Source: a virus | Lineage: Duplodnaviria; Caudoviricetes | Length of the DNA stretch: 50,919 bases | Virus record (IMG/VR): IMGVR_UViG_3300025168_000011 | Coordinates: 1 to 50,919 of that record | Strand: one strand, 5' to 3' | In this document: piece after piece, positions 1-8,949 of the stretch | How the letters are laid out: each line of letters starts with the position of its first letter | How positions within the stretch are numbered: the stretch's first letter is position 1 | Translations under genes and position numbers: made by a program | The notes under the pieces: generated by a model | Database searches by the model: none | What the model saw: the letters and a program-made list of their open reading frames with translations, nothing else | Told to the model about the DNA's origin: nothing

Positions 1-127
1 GAAGCGTTGGCTGAAGCTCAACAGATAGTTGAGGAAGAAGTTAACGAAGCTGAAAAGCAGTTAGAGGAAGCTCGTGAGAAACTTGGGGCAGTACAATTAA
101 AATCAACAAGCCTTAATATCGGATGAC
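1..127. repeat. Terminal 127-nt direct repeat (identical to 50793-50919); circular assembly overlap
   Basis: Exact match of the first and last 127 nt; the ORF at 50424 reads into the repeat and its TGA overlaps the ATG of ORF 123. Confidence 0.97.
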
Positions 128-1688
128 CAGAGCAGATGTAGTACAACGCCTATGGGATTTTATCAATTCAGCTCCAGCTGGAATTAATGCTGAAGCGCGA
201 TCTATACTAGAAGCCTGCAATGCCGCTATTCAAGAAATAGCCCATTACGCTCCCAGAGACTTTTTCAAGCAGACTAGATCTGCCGTACTCAAAGCGCCAA
301 TATCTGCAACTATTGATGTAACTGAAGATGATAAAACTTTTGACAACTTAAGACTGAGTTCAGCCAAAGGAACAGGATGCAGTAGCGGTTCTAGTAATAT
401 TACTTGTACTAATCATGGTTTAGAAACGGGAGACTTTGTAAAGTTTTATGGAACCTTGCCAACAGCCATAGCGGCTGGCTACAGTTATTATATACATTCT
501 GTTTCTGATGCAAATACATTTAAGGTGGCGTTAGTTAAAGGCGGTTCTCCTATATCGATGAACTCGTCAGCAAGCTTTACTCATTATAAAGCTTTTGAAA
601 ATCTACCAGAAGGGTGTTCAATCGATATAGACGGAAGTGACAAGGTGATGCGAATCAACACTGCTAAAAACAACGGTGGCTCAGGAATTGTGCAGGCTAC
701 CAATAGTAGTAATTTATTAAGACTAAGCAGTTACGCTGGAACAAAAAGATACGGGTTTATCAAGGATGCCGAAAACTATCAAAACACTTTAGCCGTTGGT
801 GATACGGTTGCTTTTTTAAGTGCAGTGGGAACTGTGTTTACTGCTGGGGTAAACTATCATGTCGTTGATATAGATGATGCAGACGGCATAGGAACAACTT
901 CAGGTGCAGATACTCATAAGCGTTATATTAAACTGTCAGCTTCGGCTGGAGGAAGTCCTATAACTGTAGCAAACATGAGCGCTACTCCATCAGACTTTAC
1001 TTTGATAAAAACCAGCGGAACGGATTCTGATTCAACAGGAACTTTTTTCGAGGAGTACATAGGCACAACAGGAACTAAAACCTGCACAATCTATTCCGAT
1101 GCCGTTGAATTAAATTCAAAGGTTACTGAGGTTCTGGGAACGGTAGTTTTAAACGATGAAAGTGTATTAACACCATTGATGAACAATGATCAGTCTTCAA
1201 GACTGCACCGTGACAGGCTAAATCAAAGTGAAAGGTTTGGAGAGTACGGTTCAGGATGGGAAATGCCTAGTGAATTACAGAAAAAACAAGGAACTCCCTG
1301 TTACTATTACATCGACTCTGAACACAACGAAGTCACGCATGGGCAGAATTACTATTTAAGAGTGCGCCCATTTCCAGAAAAGAAAGCTAGGTTAAGATTT
1401 ACAGCTTCTATACTTCCAGAAAAATGGGTTATTCAGGATACATATTTAGACACTGGTCAATTCAAAGACACTGGCTGTCCTGCTGATTATGATGAAACAA
1501 TCTTGTTGCCATTTGTTTATAAGAACTTTGTTAAGTTCATAGGCTTTGACGTTTTGCCTTCCGAGGGATCACTCCAAAGTGGTAATATTTTATTGCAGAT
1601 TGACGAGGATTATAAGCAGGCAAAAGAAATTCTAAAAGAAATTCAACCTCAAGCGGAGAGCCTACCTGTTTATGGAGTGGCTTGGTAA
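123..1688 (+). CDS. Putative head-tail adaptor (podovirus tail tubular A/gp4-like) with inserted beta-rich domains
   Basis: Helical N-terminus; C-terminal GTPCYYY...LRVRPFP...ILLPFVY pattern typical of adaptors; two internal HGLxTGDxV/LAVGDTV-type repeats; lies just downstream of the capsid genes. Confidence 0.55.
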   Translation: MTRADVVQRLWDFINSAPAGINAEARSILEACNAAIQEIAHYAPRDFFKQTRSAVLKAPISATIDVTEDDKTFDNLRLSSAKGTGCSSGSSNITCTNHGLETGDFVKFYGTLPTAIAAGYSYYIHSVSDANTFKVALVKGGSPISMNSSASFTHYKAFENLPEGCSIDIDGSDKVMRINTAKNNGGSGIVQATNSSNLLRLSSYAGTKRYGFIKDAENYQNTLAVGDTVAFLSAVGTVFTAGVNYHVVDIDDADGIGTTSGADTHKRYIKLSASAGGSPITVANMSATPSDFTLIKTSGTDSDSTGTFFEEYIGTTGTKTCTIYSDAVELNSKVTEVLGTVVLNDESVLTPLMNNDQSSRLHRDRLNQSERFGEYGSGWEMPSELQKKQGTPCYYYIDSEHNEVTHGQNYYLRVRPFPEKKARLRFTASILPEKWVIQDTYLDTGQFKDTGCPADYDETILLPFVYKNFVKFIGFDVLPSEGSLQSGNILLQIDEDYKQAKEILKEIQPQAESLPVYGVAW

Positions 1689-1691
1689 GCC

Positions 1692-3086
1692 ATGGCTAGT
1701 AATCCAAATAACTCCAACAATGGTCAGCCTAACATGGGAGGTGGTATACCTTCTATTATAGAAGACGATGGAGATTCGATAATTAATGATGGGAATACAA
1801 ATAGCAGCAACCAGTCAGTCCTTGGTGGATCTATAACTGGAGGCAATGCAACAGGAACGGTAGTTGATACCAATGCTGAGTTAGCAGACCTAATATTAGA
1901 AAAAGTACAAGACCTCGCCACTTTAACTCAAGAGACTTCATTCATACCGTATGCGCCTTCCTACGCTCGCGATACTTATGGACCTGAGTATTTTAAGCCC
2001 CGGACAAATGGAGCTGACGTTAACACAATTAACTCAGCCACATTAACGAGCAAATTTCCTGTTTATCGAGTGTTTTTTAAAGGCTCTACTGAACCAACTG
2101 ACATTATGACATCTAGCGTTTGGTCTATTGCTAGACACAAAGGGATGTTTGCAGGTCAAGGAAACGAGAGCGGTTACTTTCAGAAAGCCTCAAACATGAC
2201 GAGCTTGCACTTTGCAGGCAACAAGCATCCTTGGAACCCGCTGGTCTTGCCAGCTAACCCAATTAGAGGGGGCTTAAGCTCATCACCTCAACTGTCCAAT
2301 GGTAATGCGACAATGGGAGATAACTACATTCCCCTTCAGCACGTTGAGGCGGTTTTTCACAGAAATGTTATTCAAGGAGCATCAAACATTAGTCACTCAG
2401 GAAGCAATTATGGACCCGAAGTGATCAAAAGTAATTCTTACCGTGTACACTTGAAAAGCGGAGCCACCTTTAATGTAAATGCTGGGGGCTACGCAGTTAC
2501 CTCACAGCCAACTTTAAGAAATATTGATACGGCTGGCAACTTTGATACTGTTAGAAAAATTACAAGACCTACTACCCCTCTCGTTTATTTTTACTCTTAT
2601 GGGGGTCAACATTACACAGGTGATTATCATAACGCTTCAACATTTTCAGGGACATACCCAGCCAACACCCAGTCTCATAACTACAAACTTAGAACGGGAT
2701 TAGCTAGTTCAAGTATAGGAAACTGGGCTACCAACGCATCATCAGCTTTGACTGGTCTACTTGTGGATGGAGTGGACGGAGGTTACACAACTAACGTGAC
2801 AGATCCCGTTAAAGGTGATCCTTTGAGTTTGGATACAGGTGCTACCTACCTACCCTTGGAGAACATCAAGGCGATAACAAAGTTAAACAGTGGAGATACT
2901 GGTTTTAATTTAAATGATGCCGACGATTTAGATAACTCAGCACTTTTACCATATCAAACTTATGTTCGTGACACACAGAACAACAGATCCCCTCTGTTAA
3001 ACATGGCATTGGGAAACAATGATCGTGGATACAGCAATGTGTATAACCCAGCTAATGCAGGCTCATCTACGATAGTAACTGAGTAA
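1692..3086 (+). CDS. Hypothetical virion structural protein (N/S/T/G-rich)
   Basis: 464-aa ORF in the structural operon with beta-rich composition; no recognised family. Confidence 0.5.
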   Translation: MASNPNNSNNGQPNMGGGIPSIIEDDGDSIINDGNTNSSNQSVLGGSITGGNATGTVVDTNAELADLILEKVQDLATLTQETSFIPYAPSYARDTYGPEYFKPRTNGADVNTINSATLTSKFPVYRVFFKGSTEPTDIMTSSVWSIARHKGMFAGQGNESGYFQKASNMTSLHFAGNKHPWNPLVLPANPIRGGLSSSPQLSNGNATMGDNYIPLQHVEAVFHRNVIQGASNISHSGSNYGPEVIKSNSYRVHLKSGATFNVNAGGYAVTSQPTLRNIDTAGNFDTVRKITRPTTPLVYFYSYGGQHYTGDYHNASTFSGTYPANTQSHNYKLRTGLASSSIGNWATNASSALTGLLVDGVDGGYTTNVTDPVKGDPLSLDTGATYLPLENIKAITKLNSGDTGFNLNDADDLDNSALLPYQTYVRDTQNNRSPLLNMALGNNDRGYSNVYNPANAGSSTIVTE

Positions 3087-3145
3087 TTAATCTTTAGATC
3101 GCAATCCCCTGTAACCTTTGTTGTTGTTTAAATTTTTTAGCTTAA

Positions 3146-3457
3146 CAATGGCTTTTTCTAGAAGTTAGGTACGCCGGAGCCGATGAAGATTCAAAAGGCT
3201 CAATAGCTGGCACAACGTCAGCAAAGTATATAAGTAAACGGCTTGAAGCTACATCAAAGCGCTCAGGTCTGGATCATGTATCAAACGGCTACCGCCATAC
3301 CTGTATCAGCTCATGGGTTGCTACCGGAGTACAAATAGGCGAAGTGGGGCTTAGAAGTGACAACTCCCCCTCTATTATAAAATCAAACTACCTTGGTGAA
3401 ATTACACCAGAGGAAGGCGAAGAATGGCATTCAACGATGCCACCTACTGAAAAATAA
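3146..3457 (+). pseudogene. C-terminal remnant of a tyrosine recombinase/integrase
   Basis: Open frame with no ATG before its last few codons: ...HVSNGYRHTCISSWVA...EVGLRSDNSPSIIKSNYLGEITPEEGEEW...; box II (N/H)xxRH, NS and catalytic Y; in-frame TAA at 3143. Confidence 0.75.
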
Positions 3458-3462
3458 AAGGC

Positions 3463-3515
3463 TTGTCTCGTGTCTCGTCTCATATTCCCCTAGGGGCATG
3501 AGTGAGATGAGACAA
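3463..3515. terminator. Long imperfect inverted repeat between convergent genes (terminator or protein-binding site)
   Basis: TTGTCTC(3463)...GAGACAA(3515) arms around the CCCCTAGGGG palindrome at 3487-3496. Confidence 0.45.
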
Positions 3516-3517
3516 CC

Positions 3518-3793
3518 TTATGCCACCTGATAAATAGGATTTATTGGTAAGTAATTTACTTTCGGCCCCACCTTACCTGTAAACACGAGTTTATCGACAC
3601 ACTCAGCTTCAGCGATGGGCCATTGCCAAGTACCCCCTGGGGGAGGGCAGGCTATTTCAGGATCTTTTTCTGCCAGCTCTACAATGTTGTCAGCTGATAA
3701 AACTTGACCCTTTGTAAGTTCACTAATGAAGTGAAACGCATTTTCTTTCCAGACTTCGATATGAAAAAAAATTTCAGGTTCTTCGGTTTTCAT
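3518..3793 (-). CDS. Hypothetical protein, possibly winged-helix-like
   Basis: ORF track gives 3518-3877; the ATG at 3793 (MKTEEP) is more likely because it follows a leftward promoter. Confidence 0.55.
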   Translation of the reverse strand: MKTEEPEIFFHIEVWKENAFHFISELTKGQVLSADNIVELAEKDPEIACPPPGGTWQWPIAEAECVDKLVFTGKVGPKVNYLPINPIYQVA

Positions 3794-3867
3794 AAGTTGT
3801 TTAGTGTTAGATATTTTTGCAGTTATTGTTAGTGTTACTATGTTCCAAGATGAAACAAAGTGTTTTA

Positions 3868-3900
3868 CTTTTAACATAACTTTACTAAGGTGTCAACGTG
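3868..3900 (-). promoter_or_regulatory. Leftward sigma70-like promoter overlapping a GTGTCAACGTG box
   Basis: Minus strand TTGACA-N17-TAAAAG with an extended TG; the 11-mer at 3890-3900 is identical to 8226-8236. Confidence 0.45.
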
Positions 3901-3906
3901 CCCACT

Positions 3907-4128
3907 ATGACACAATACTCAATAAAAGACTCTGTTGAATGGTTGAATGACAATACCCAGTCTTCCTGGTCAAGGTCAAAATTCTACCGAATGCGAAGAC
4001 AAAAGTATTTCGTTGGCAAGTACCGAGCTGACAAAAGTACCGAGTATTATACAAAAAACGCATTAATCAGAGGCTGCAATAAAATCGGTGTACCCCTAAC
4101 CCCAAAAGCAAAAAAATATGCAAAATGA
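3907..4128 (+). CDS. Small HTH DNA-binding protein (AlpA/excisionase/Cro-like)
   Basis: YSIKDSVEWL...WSRSKFYRMRRQ pattern; first gene of the early operon, near the integrase remnant. Confidence 0.55.
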   Translation: MTQYSIKDSVEWLNDNTQSSWSRSKFYRMRRQKYFVGKYRADKSTEYYTKNALIRGCNKIGVPLTPKAKKYAK

Positions 4129-4396
4129 TATTTCAATTGATCAACACAAAAGATGGCGAAAAGAGCTAAAGAAGTCTCTTGATGCTTCAACCTTTTATTA
4201 TAGACTCACTATTACTTGCTTGGTCGCTTGCATAGGGACTGTTGCATTCGGAATGGTGTGGCCCACTATCACATTTGTTTTTACAGGGCTGTTTTTTATG
4301 GTTTTGCAAATGAAGCACTCAGGTCGTGCCCAGGAAATTGATCTAGTAAGGACCAGAGCAATTAACAACTTTCTCATGAATAAGTTGGATGGATGA
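4118..4396 (+). CDS. Hypothetical membrane protein
   Basis: Two hydrophobic segments; overlaps its neighbours as in a coupled operon. Confidence 0.6.
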   Translation: MQNDISIDQHKRWRKELKKSLDASTFYYRLTITCLVACIGTVAFGMVWPTITFVFTGLFFMVLQMKHSGRAQEIDLVRTRAINNFLMNKLDG

Positions 4397-4793
4397 AGCA
4401 CTCAGGAAGGTATTAAGGAAAGTTCCTAAAAGGAAAAACAAATTTGGAGCAAAAAAAGCAGGAAGCCTTCTTTTTGAGGGAAGAATGTTTGATTCCAAGG
4501 CTGAGAGGGATCGGGCTGAACAGTTAAAGGTGATGGAGAAAGATGGTGACATTCGGGATTTGGAGTTACAACCGCAAACTTTTCTTAGCCAGGCAGAAAT
4601 TAAATATAAGCCAGATTTTGCCTACACGGAAAATGGAGTCCGTTTTTATGAAGATGTTAAAGGGGTTGAGACAGAAGGATTTAGAATCAAGTCCAAGCTC
4701 TGGAAAAAATACGGTCCTGGTCCGTTAAGAATTACCAAGAGAAAAGGAACTAACTCTCCTTTCACCATTACCAAAACAATCTATGTGGATTAA
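4389..4793 (+). CDS. DUF1064-family PD-(D/E)xK nuclease
   Basis: NKFGAKK...FDSKAE...LELQP...YKPDFAY...EDVKG motifs. Confidence 0.85.
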   Translation: MDEALRKVLRKVPKRKNKFGAKKAGSLLFEGRMFDSKAERDRAEQLKVMEKDGDIRDLELQPQTFLSQAEIKYKPDFAYTENGVRFYEDVKGVETEGFRIKSKLWKKYGPGPLRITKRKGTNSPFTITKTIYVD

Positions 4794-5595
4794 AGTTAGA
4801 AACGAGCTAAGACATTCCCCAAAACTGAATGCAATTGCGATACGGTGTAGCGTATCACCACTACAAGCATTAGGTGCTGTAGTTAACGCCTGGATGATTG
4901 CAGACGCTCACGGTGAGTCAAATGGGTTCATTCCTTTTGCAACTTTTGAGTCATTAGATGCTCAAATAGGGCAAAATGGTCTATGCGATGCCATGGAAGA
5001 AGTTGGTTGGCTCAAAGCAGTCACTAAAGCTGAATACGATCCAGCACTTGCTAAAGCTAAACACCTTCAAAAAACTAGGGAACTTGATGATGAGGAGGTA
5101 CTTACGATTGCTCGTCAATGGTCTATCGGGGGGGTAATTTTTCCAGAGTATTTGGAACATAATGGGTCAACTGAGAAAGAAAGATGTCAAAATGTAAAGC
5201 GGAACCAGAAGTCACGAGCCAACAAAAAGAAAGCAAAAACCCCTAAAAAAGAAGAAAAGGGCAAAAACGATACGGAGGACAGTAACGAGAGCGTAACGAG
5301 AGAAGAGAAGAGAAGAATAAAAGAATATATAGAAAATATATATAAAGAGTATCCAAAAAAGAGAGCAAAGGCACAGGCTCTAAAAGCCATAGGTAAAGCT
5401 CTTGATAAAGAGAGCTACGAATTTCTAATTAATAAGACAAAAGTCTTTGCCCAACTTTGCAAAGGTAAGGATCAAGAATTCACCCCCCACCCTGCCACTT
5501 GGTTCAATCGTGAGCATTATCACGACGAGTACGAAGACGAACCAAAGAAAGAATCAGAACTTAAAGTATTGAAAGGGAATGATGACTGGAATTAA
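4783..5595 (+). CDS. Phage replication initiator (replisome organiser)
   Basis: N-terminal WIKV, central basic linker, C-terminal YPKK..KAQA...PHPATWFN..YHDE; directly upstream of DnaB. Confidence 0.8.
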   Translation: MWIKVRNELRHSPKLNAIAIRCSVSPLQALGAVVNAWMIADAHGESNGFIPFATFESLDAQIGQNGLCDAMEEVGWLKAVTKAEYDPALAKAKHLQKTRELDDEEVLTIARQWSIGGVIFPEYLEHNGSTEKERCQNVKRNQKSRANKKKAKTPKKEEKGKNDTEDSNESVTREEKRRIKEYIENIYKEYPKKRAKAQALKAIGKALDKESYEFLINKTKVFAQLCKGKDQEFTPHPATWFNREHYHDEYEDEPKKESELKVLKGNDDWN

Positions 5596-6898
5596 TGTTC
5601 ACGAGGAGGCTCTGAATGGAGCAGAGTTGAAGGTGCTTGGTAGCTTTTGCGCTGAAGCAGGCGAGAAAGCCTTATCCAAGGCAATTCAATACATACCTAA
5701 TGGGGACTATTTTTTAAATAATTTCCGGGGGCAACTTTACGATTTGATCTTGGAGCTTTATCAGCAGGGATCCCCTCTCAGCCTTAGCTCTCTGGCAATC
5801 AAGTTGGGTGATGACTTGAAGGGGTTACCATCAGGCGTGTGGTCTGAGATGATGGAAGCAACGGAGAGTGCTGACGAAGCAGCTGATCACATTGAGTGGT
5901 ATGCTCAGAAAGTTGCTGAACAACATCTGAACCGGAAAACTCAAAAGAAACTTTACGATCTGGGTGAGGAGGTAAAAAAAGGATCAATCAACCTGGAGCA
6001 GATAGAGGAAGGTATTTTTTCGCTTAAAGAACTAAAAGTTCATCATGAGGACCAAACTAAAAACATAGGTACAGTTTTAAATGAGCTTCTTGATCATCAA
6101 ATGGAGAACCATAAAAATCCAGGCATCAAAGGGGCTAAGACTGGCTTTAATATGATGGATGAATACCTGGGTGGATTGCAAGGGCAGGCTTTTGTGGTCC
6201 TTGGAGCTAGACCATCAGCTGGTAAAACAGCGTTGGCCTGTAATTTTTTGAGAGGGTTAGCAGAAAATGGTCACAAGAGTTTATTTATTTCCCTGGAAAT
6301 GACGAGCCTCCAGGTCAGCACCAGGCTAATAGCCGAGATGGCTCAAACGAGTTTTAAAGTAGCTAGTTACGAGTCAATGCCGAATGCTAGAACGCAGGCC
6401 AGGATTACATACGCAATGAAGACCATGAAGGAATGGCCGATTGAAATTTACGATCCCCCAACCCAAAGCATCTCCCAGGTGTGTGCAAAGATAAGAGAAG
6501 CAGGCAGGCAAGGAGTTAAAGTAGTTATGATTGATTACATTGGACTTATTCGACCTGAGTCACCTGAGCAAAGGCAAAGTCGATATATGCTCATAACTGA
6601 ATGCTCTGCCAAACTCAAGGCAGCAGCCAGGGCAGCCAACGTGGCAGTACTTTGTTTGTGTCAGCTGAGAAGAGAATCTGAAAAGAATGAGAAGCCAAAG
6701 ATGAGTGACTTGCGTGAGTCCGGGCAACTCGAACAGGATGCTGACGCTGTTGTATTAATTCACCGACCAGAGAGAGAGATGGACCTGGATATGGAAGACT
6801 GCGGGTTAATTATTTCAAAAAACAGAAACGGTCCAACAGGAATGATTGAGGCTCACTTCAATCGGAAAGCTATGCAATTTAAGGAGGTCGCCATATGA
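5579..6898 (+). CDS. dnaB: Replicative DNA helicase, DnaB family
   Basis: Walker A GARPSAGKT, SLEM, IDYIGLI, LCQLRR, DLRESGQLEQDAD, KNRNGPTG. Confidence 0.97.
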   Translation: MMTGINVHEEALNGAELKVLGSFCAEAGEKALSKAIQYIPNGDYFLNNFRGQLYDLILELYQQGSPLSLSSLAIKLGDDLKGLPSGVWSEMMEATESADEAADHIEWYAQKVAEQHLNRKTQKKLYDLGEEVKKGSINLEQIEEGIFSLKELKVHHEDQTKNIGTVLNELLDHQMENHKNPGIKGAKTGFNMMDEYLGGLQGQAFVVLGARPSAGKTALACNFLRGLAENGHKSLFISLEMTSLQVSTRLIAEMAQTSFKVASYESMPNARTQARITYAMKTMKEWPIEIYDPPTQSISQVCAKIREAGRQGVKVVMIDYIGLIRPESPEQRQSRYMLITECSAKLKAAARAANVAVLCLCQLRRESEKNEKPKMSDLRESGQLEQDADAVVLIHRPEREMDLDMEDCGLIISKNRNGPTGMIEAHFNRKAMQFKEVAI

Positions 6899-7137
6899 CA
6901 ATAGAGGAACTATCAGAAATAAATCCTGACGCTCTCCAGGCAGACGGTTGGGATGAGGCATTTATCGGCTATGTCGAAAGAGCAGGACAATTACCAACGG
7001 CCTGTTACAGCAAAGACAAAATCATTGAGTTATCAATGCAGGACGGAGTGAGCCGGGAGCAAGCTCTTGAATACTTCGAGTACAATATCGTAAGTGCTTA
7101 TGTCGGTGAGTTCACCCCTTTTTATTTAACAGTATGA
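6895..7137 (+). CDS. Conserved phage hypothetical protein
   Basis: ADGWDEAFIG...EYFEYNI..AYVGEFTP pattern, common in aquatic phages; ATGA overlap. Confidence 0.7.
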   Translation: MTIEELSEINPDALQADGWDEAFIGYVERAGQLPTACYSKDKIIELSMQDGVSREQALEYFEYNIVSAYVGEFTPFYLTV

Positions 7138-7607
7138 GTGAAATTATAATTAGACTGAACCAAGCTGAGAAAGAAATTTGTGCGAAGATTGCATTAATTC
7201 GCCAGGTTACAAATAGACAGATTGGAACTGTAAATCAAAAAGTTCACGAGAAGGATTCTCTTGAAGTGGACCGGGAAGGATTTGCAGGCGAATTGGCATT
7301 CTGTAAAATCTTTAGACTTTATCCAGACTTTGAAAATAAAAGAGCAGACGCTGATGCTTATCATCCAAAGCTTAAATGGGTAGACGTAAAAACCGCTCCT
7401 GAACAACATCACAATCTTTTAGTAAGACAACCCAAAGCGGATCACCCTGCCGACACATACGCCCTTGTCTTAGGCAAGTGGGAAACTGGAGTGTTCAGCT
7501 ACGTTGGCTACGCCACCAAGGAGATGGTATTCAGAGATGATAATCTTGTCGATCCAGGATTTGGGGTCTGCCATATGATCAAACGAAAGGATCTAATTTT
7601 ACCATGA
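7134..7607 (+). CDS. Hypothetical protein, possible PD-(D/E)xK-like nuclease
   Basis: GFAGELAF...D...VDVKT pattern. Confidence 0.55.
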   Translation: MSEIIIRLNQAEKEICAKIALIRQVTNRQIGTVNQKVHEKDSLEVDREGFAGELAFCKIFRLYPDFENKRADADAYHPKLKWVDVKTAPEQHHNLLVRQPKADHPADTYALVLGKWETGVFSYVGYATKEMVFRDDNLVDPGFGVCHMIKRKDLILP

Positions 7608-8134
7608 GTAATACACACATAATGGTAGACATCGAGACGCTTGGAACATCACCGAGGTCAGTCATTTTTTCGATAGCTGCCATAAAAATAAAAAGCAACA
7701 AGATAGCTGGCGAGTTTGTAGCGCAACCATCTATCGAGTCAAACTTAGAACTTGGATTTAACATTGAACCAGGAACCCTCAAATGGTGGATGGAACAGCC
7801 AGAAGATGCCAGGCAACAAATGTGCCACAGCACCGGGAAGTTAAGTGAAACTCTAAGCGACTTTGCTTATTGGTGTGGACCTAATAACAATTTATACCTT
7901 TGGGGCAATGGAGCCGACTTTGACAACACTCACCTGGCTGAAGCTTACAAAGCTTGCGGAATGGAAGCACCCTGGAAGTTCTGGAATTCACGTTGTTTTA
8001 GAACTTTGAAGGCACTTTATCCAGGCACAGAAACTCCAATGCAAGTAGGAACTAAGCATCATGCACTGAATGACGCATTATGCCAGGCGCATCATCTGAT
8101 TAAGATATTCCAGGAAAATGAATTATCCATATGA
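7604..8134 (+). CDS. DEDDh 3'-5' exonuclease (Rv2179c/exonuclease VIII-like)
   Basis: HIMVDIETLG, WGNGADFD, RCFRT, HHALNDA. Confidence 0.92.
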   Translation: MSNTHIMVDIETLGTSPRSVIFSIAAIKIKSNKIAGEFVAQPSIESNLELGFNIEPGTLKWWMEQPEDARQQMCHSTGKLSETLSDFAYWCGPNNNLYLWGNGADFDNTHLAEAYKACGMEAPWKFWNSRCFRTLKALYPGTETPMQVGTKHHALNDALCQAHHLIKIFQENELSI

Positions 8135-8198
8135 CGAAATACCTCTCTGGCTGCTTATATCTTTAGTCATCTGCATTCTTTTACTTATTATTTTATAG
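8118..8198 (+). CDS. Putative 26-aa single-TM peptide (not in ORF track)
   Basis: MNYPYDEIPLWLLISLVICILLLIIL*; overlaps the end of the exonuclease gene. Confidence 0.4.
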   Translation: MNYPYDEIPLWLLISLVICILLLIIL

Positions 8199-8215
8199 TG
8201 TGTCTATCTTTAGTG

Positions 8216-8245
8216 GTTGACACGTGTGTCAACGTGGGTTAAGAT
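8216..8245 (+). promoter_or_regulatory. Near-consensus sigma70 promoter with an overlapping palindromic operator
   Basis: TTGACA(8217)-N17-TAAGAT(8240); GTTGACAC-gt-GTGTCAAC inverted repeat at 8216-8233. Confidence 0.75.
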
Positions 8246-8272
8246 GTGTCACCAACTAACTTAAAAACTAAC

Positions 8273-8683
8273 ATGAACAAAGAAGAAAAATCTAAATTAA
8301 AAGATCAAGTAAATGCGTTTATCCTGGATAATGCATTACCTAGATTAAAAGAGGATATAGTCGATTTGATCGATGAAAAGAATTGGGAATACGAAAATGG
8401 TGCTTGCGACTATGAGTTTGATCCCATCGAGGCTTTAGATTATATCGACGACACCAGGACATATGTCATCGATGACAATAAAAAAGCCTGGAAAAACCTC
8501 CAGGTAAAACTTGGTGAACTACTCCCAGAGCATATTGATTGGGATGTAAGAATTTCAAGACTCGTTCCAATTTCTGACGAGTCAAGAATGTCAGCAATGA
8601 CAATTGGATCCAATGGAGAAATGAAACGCTTCAGAGGTTTTACTAAGCACAATAACAAGTGGTATGACTCCGCTGTTTATTAA
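8273..8683 (+). CDS. Hypothetical early protein
   Basis: ATG at 8273 follows a 25-nt leader that is repeated before the next gene. Confidence 0.7.
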   Translation: MNKEEKSKLKDQVNAFILDNALPRLKEDIVDLIDEKNWEYENGACDYEFDPIEALDYIDDTRTYVIDDNKKAWKNLQVKLGELLPEHIDWDVRISRLVPISDESRMSAMTIGSNGEMKRFRGFTKHNNKWYDSAVY

Positions 8684-8703
8684 CAACTAACTCAAAAACT
8701 AAC

Positions 8704-8949
8704 ATGAAAAAAACTTATAGAAGTTACCAGAAAAAAATCAAAGTCTCAATAGAGATGGAGGTAGATCGCAATGAGTTCATTGCATCTCGATTGGTCGGAA
8801 CAGACTACGACGCTTCATTCAGAGGCGTTGAAAACATGGACACTGAACAGCTCAATGATCTTGTCTACACATCGGCCTGGGTTGAGGTACGTGACAAAAT
8901 AACTGACTTGCACTCATCAATAACAATCAAGGAAGAGGTAACATGGTAA
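8704..8949 (+). CDS. Hypothetical early protein
   Basis: 81-aa ORF with the repeated leader. Confidence 0.65.
   Translation: MKKTYRSYQKKIKVSIEMEVDRNEFIASRLVGTDYDASFRGVENMDTEQLNDLVYTSAWVEVRDKITDLHSSITIKEEVTW

Noticed and set aside
1-127. Biological terminal repeat
   Set aside because: The length of 127 equals a common assembler k-mer and the repeat falls inside a gene, so it is best read as a circular overlap
3168-3201. tRNA/tmRNA 3'-end-like attP core (reverse complement ...GAATCTTCATCGGCTCC...)
   Set aside because: No GTTCRA T-loop or CCA end; the stretch reads as part of the integrase remnant frame
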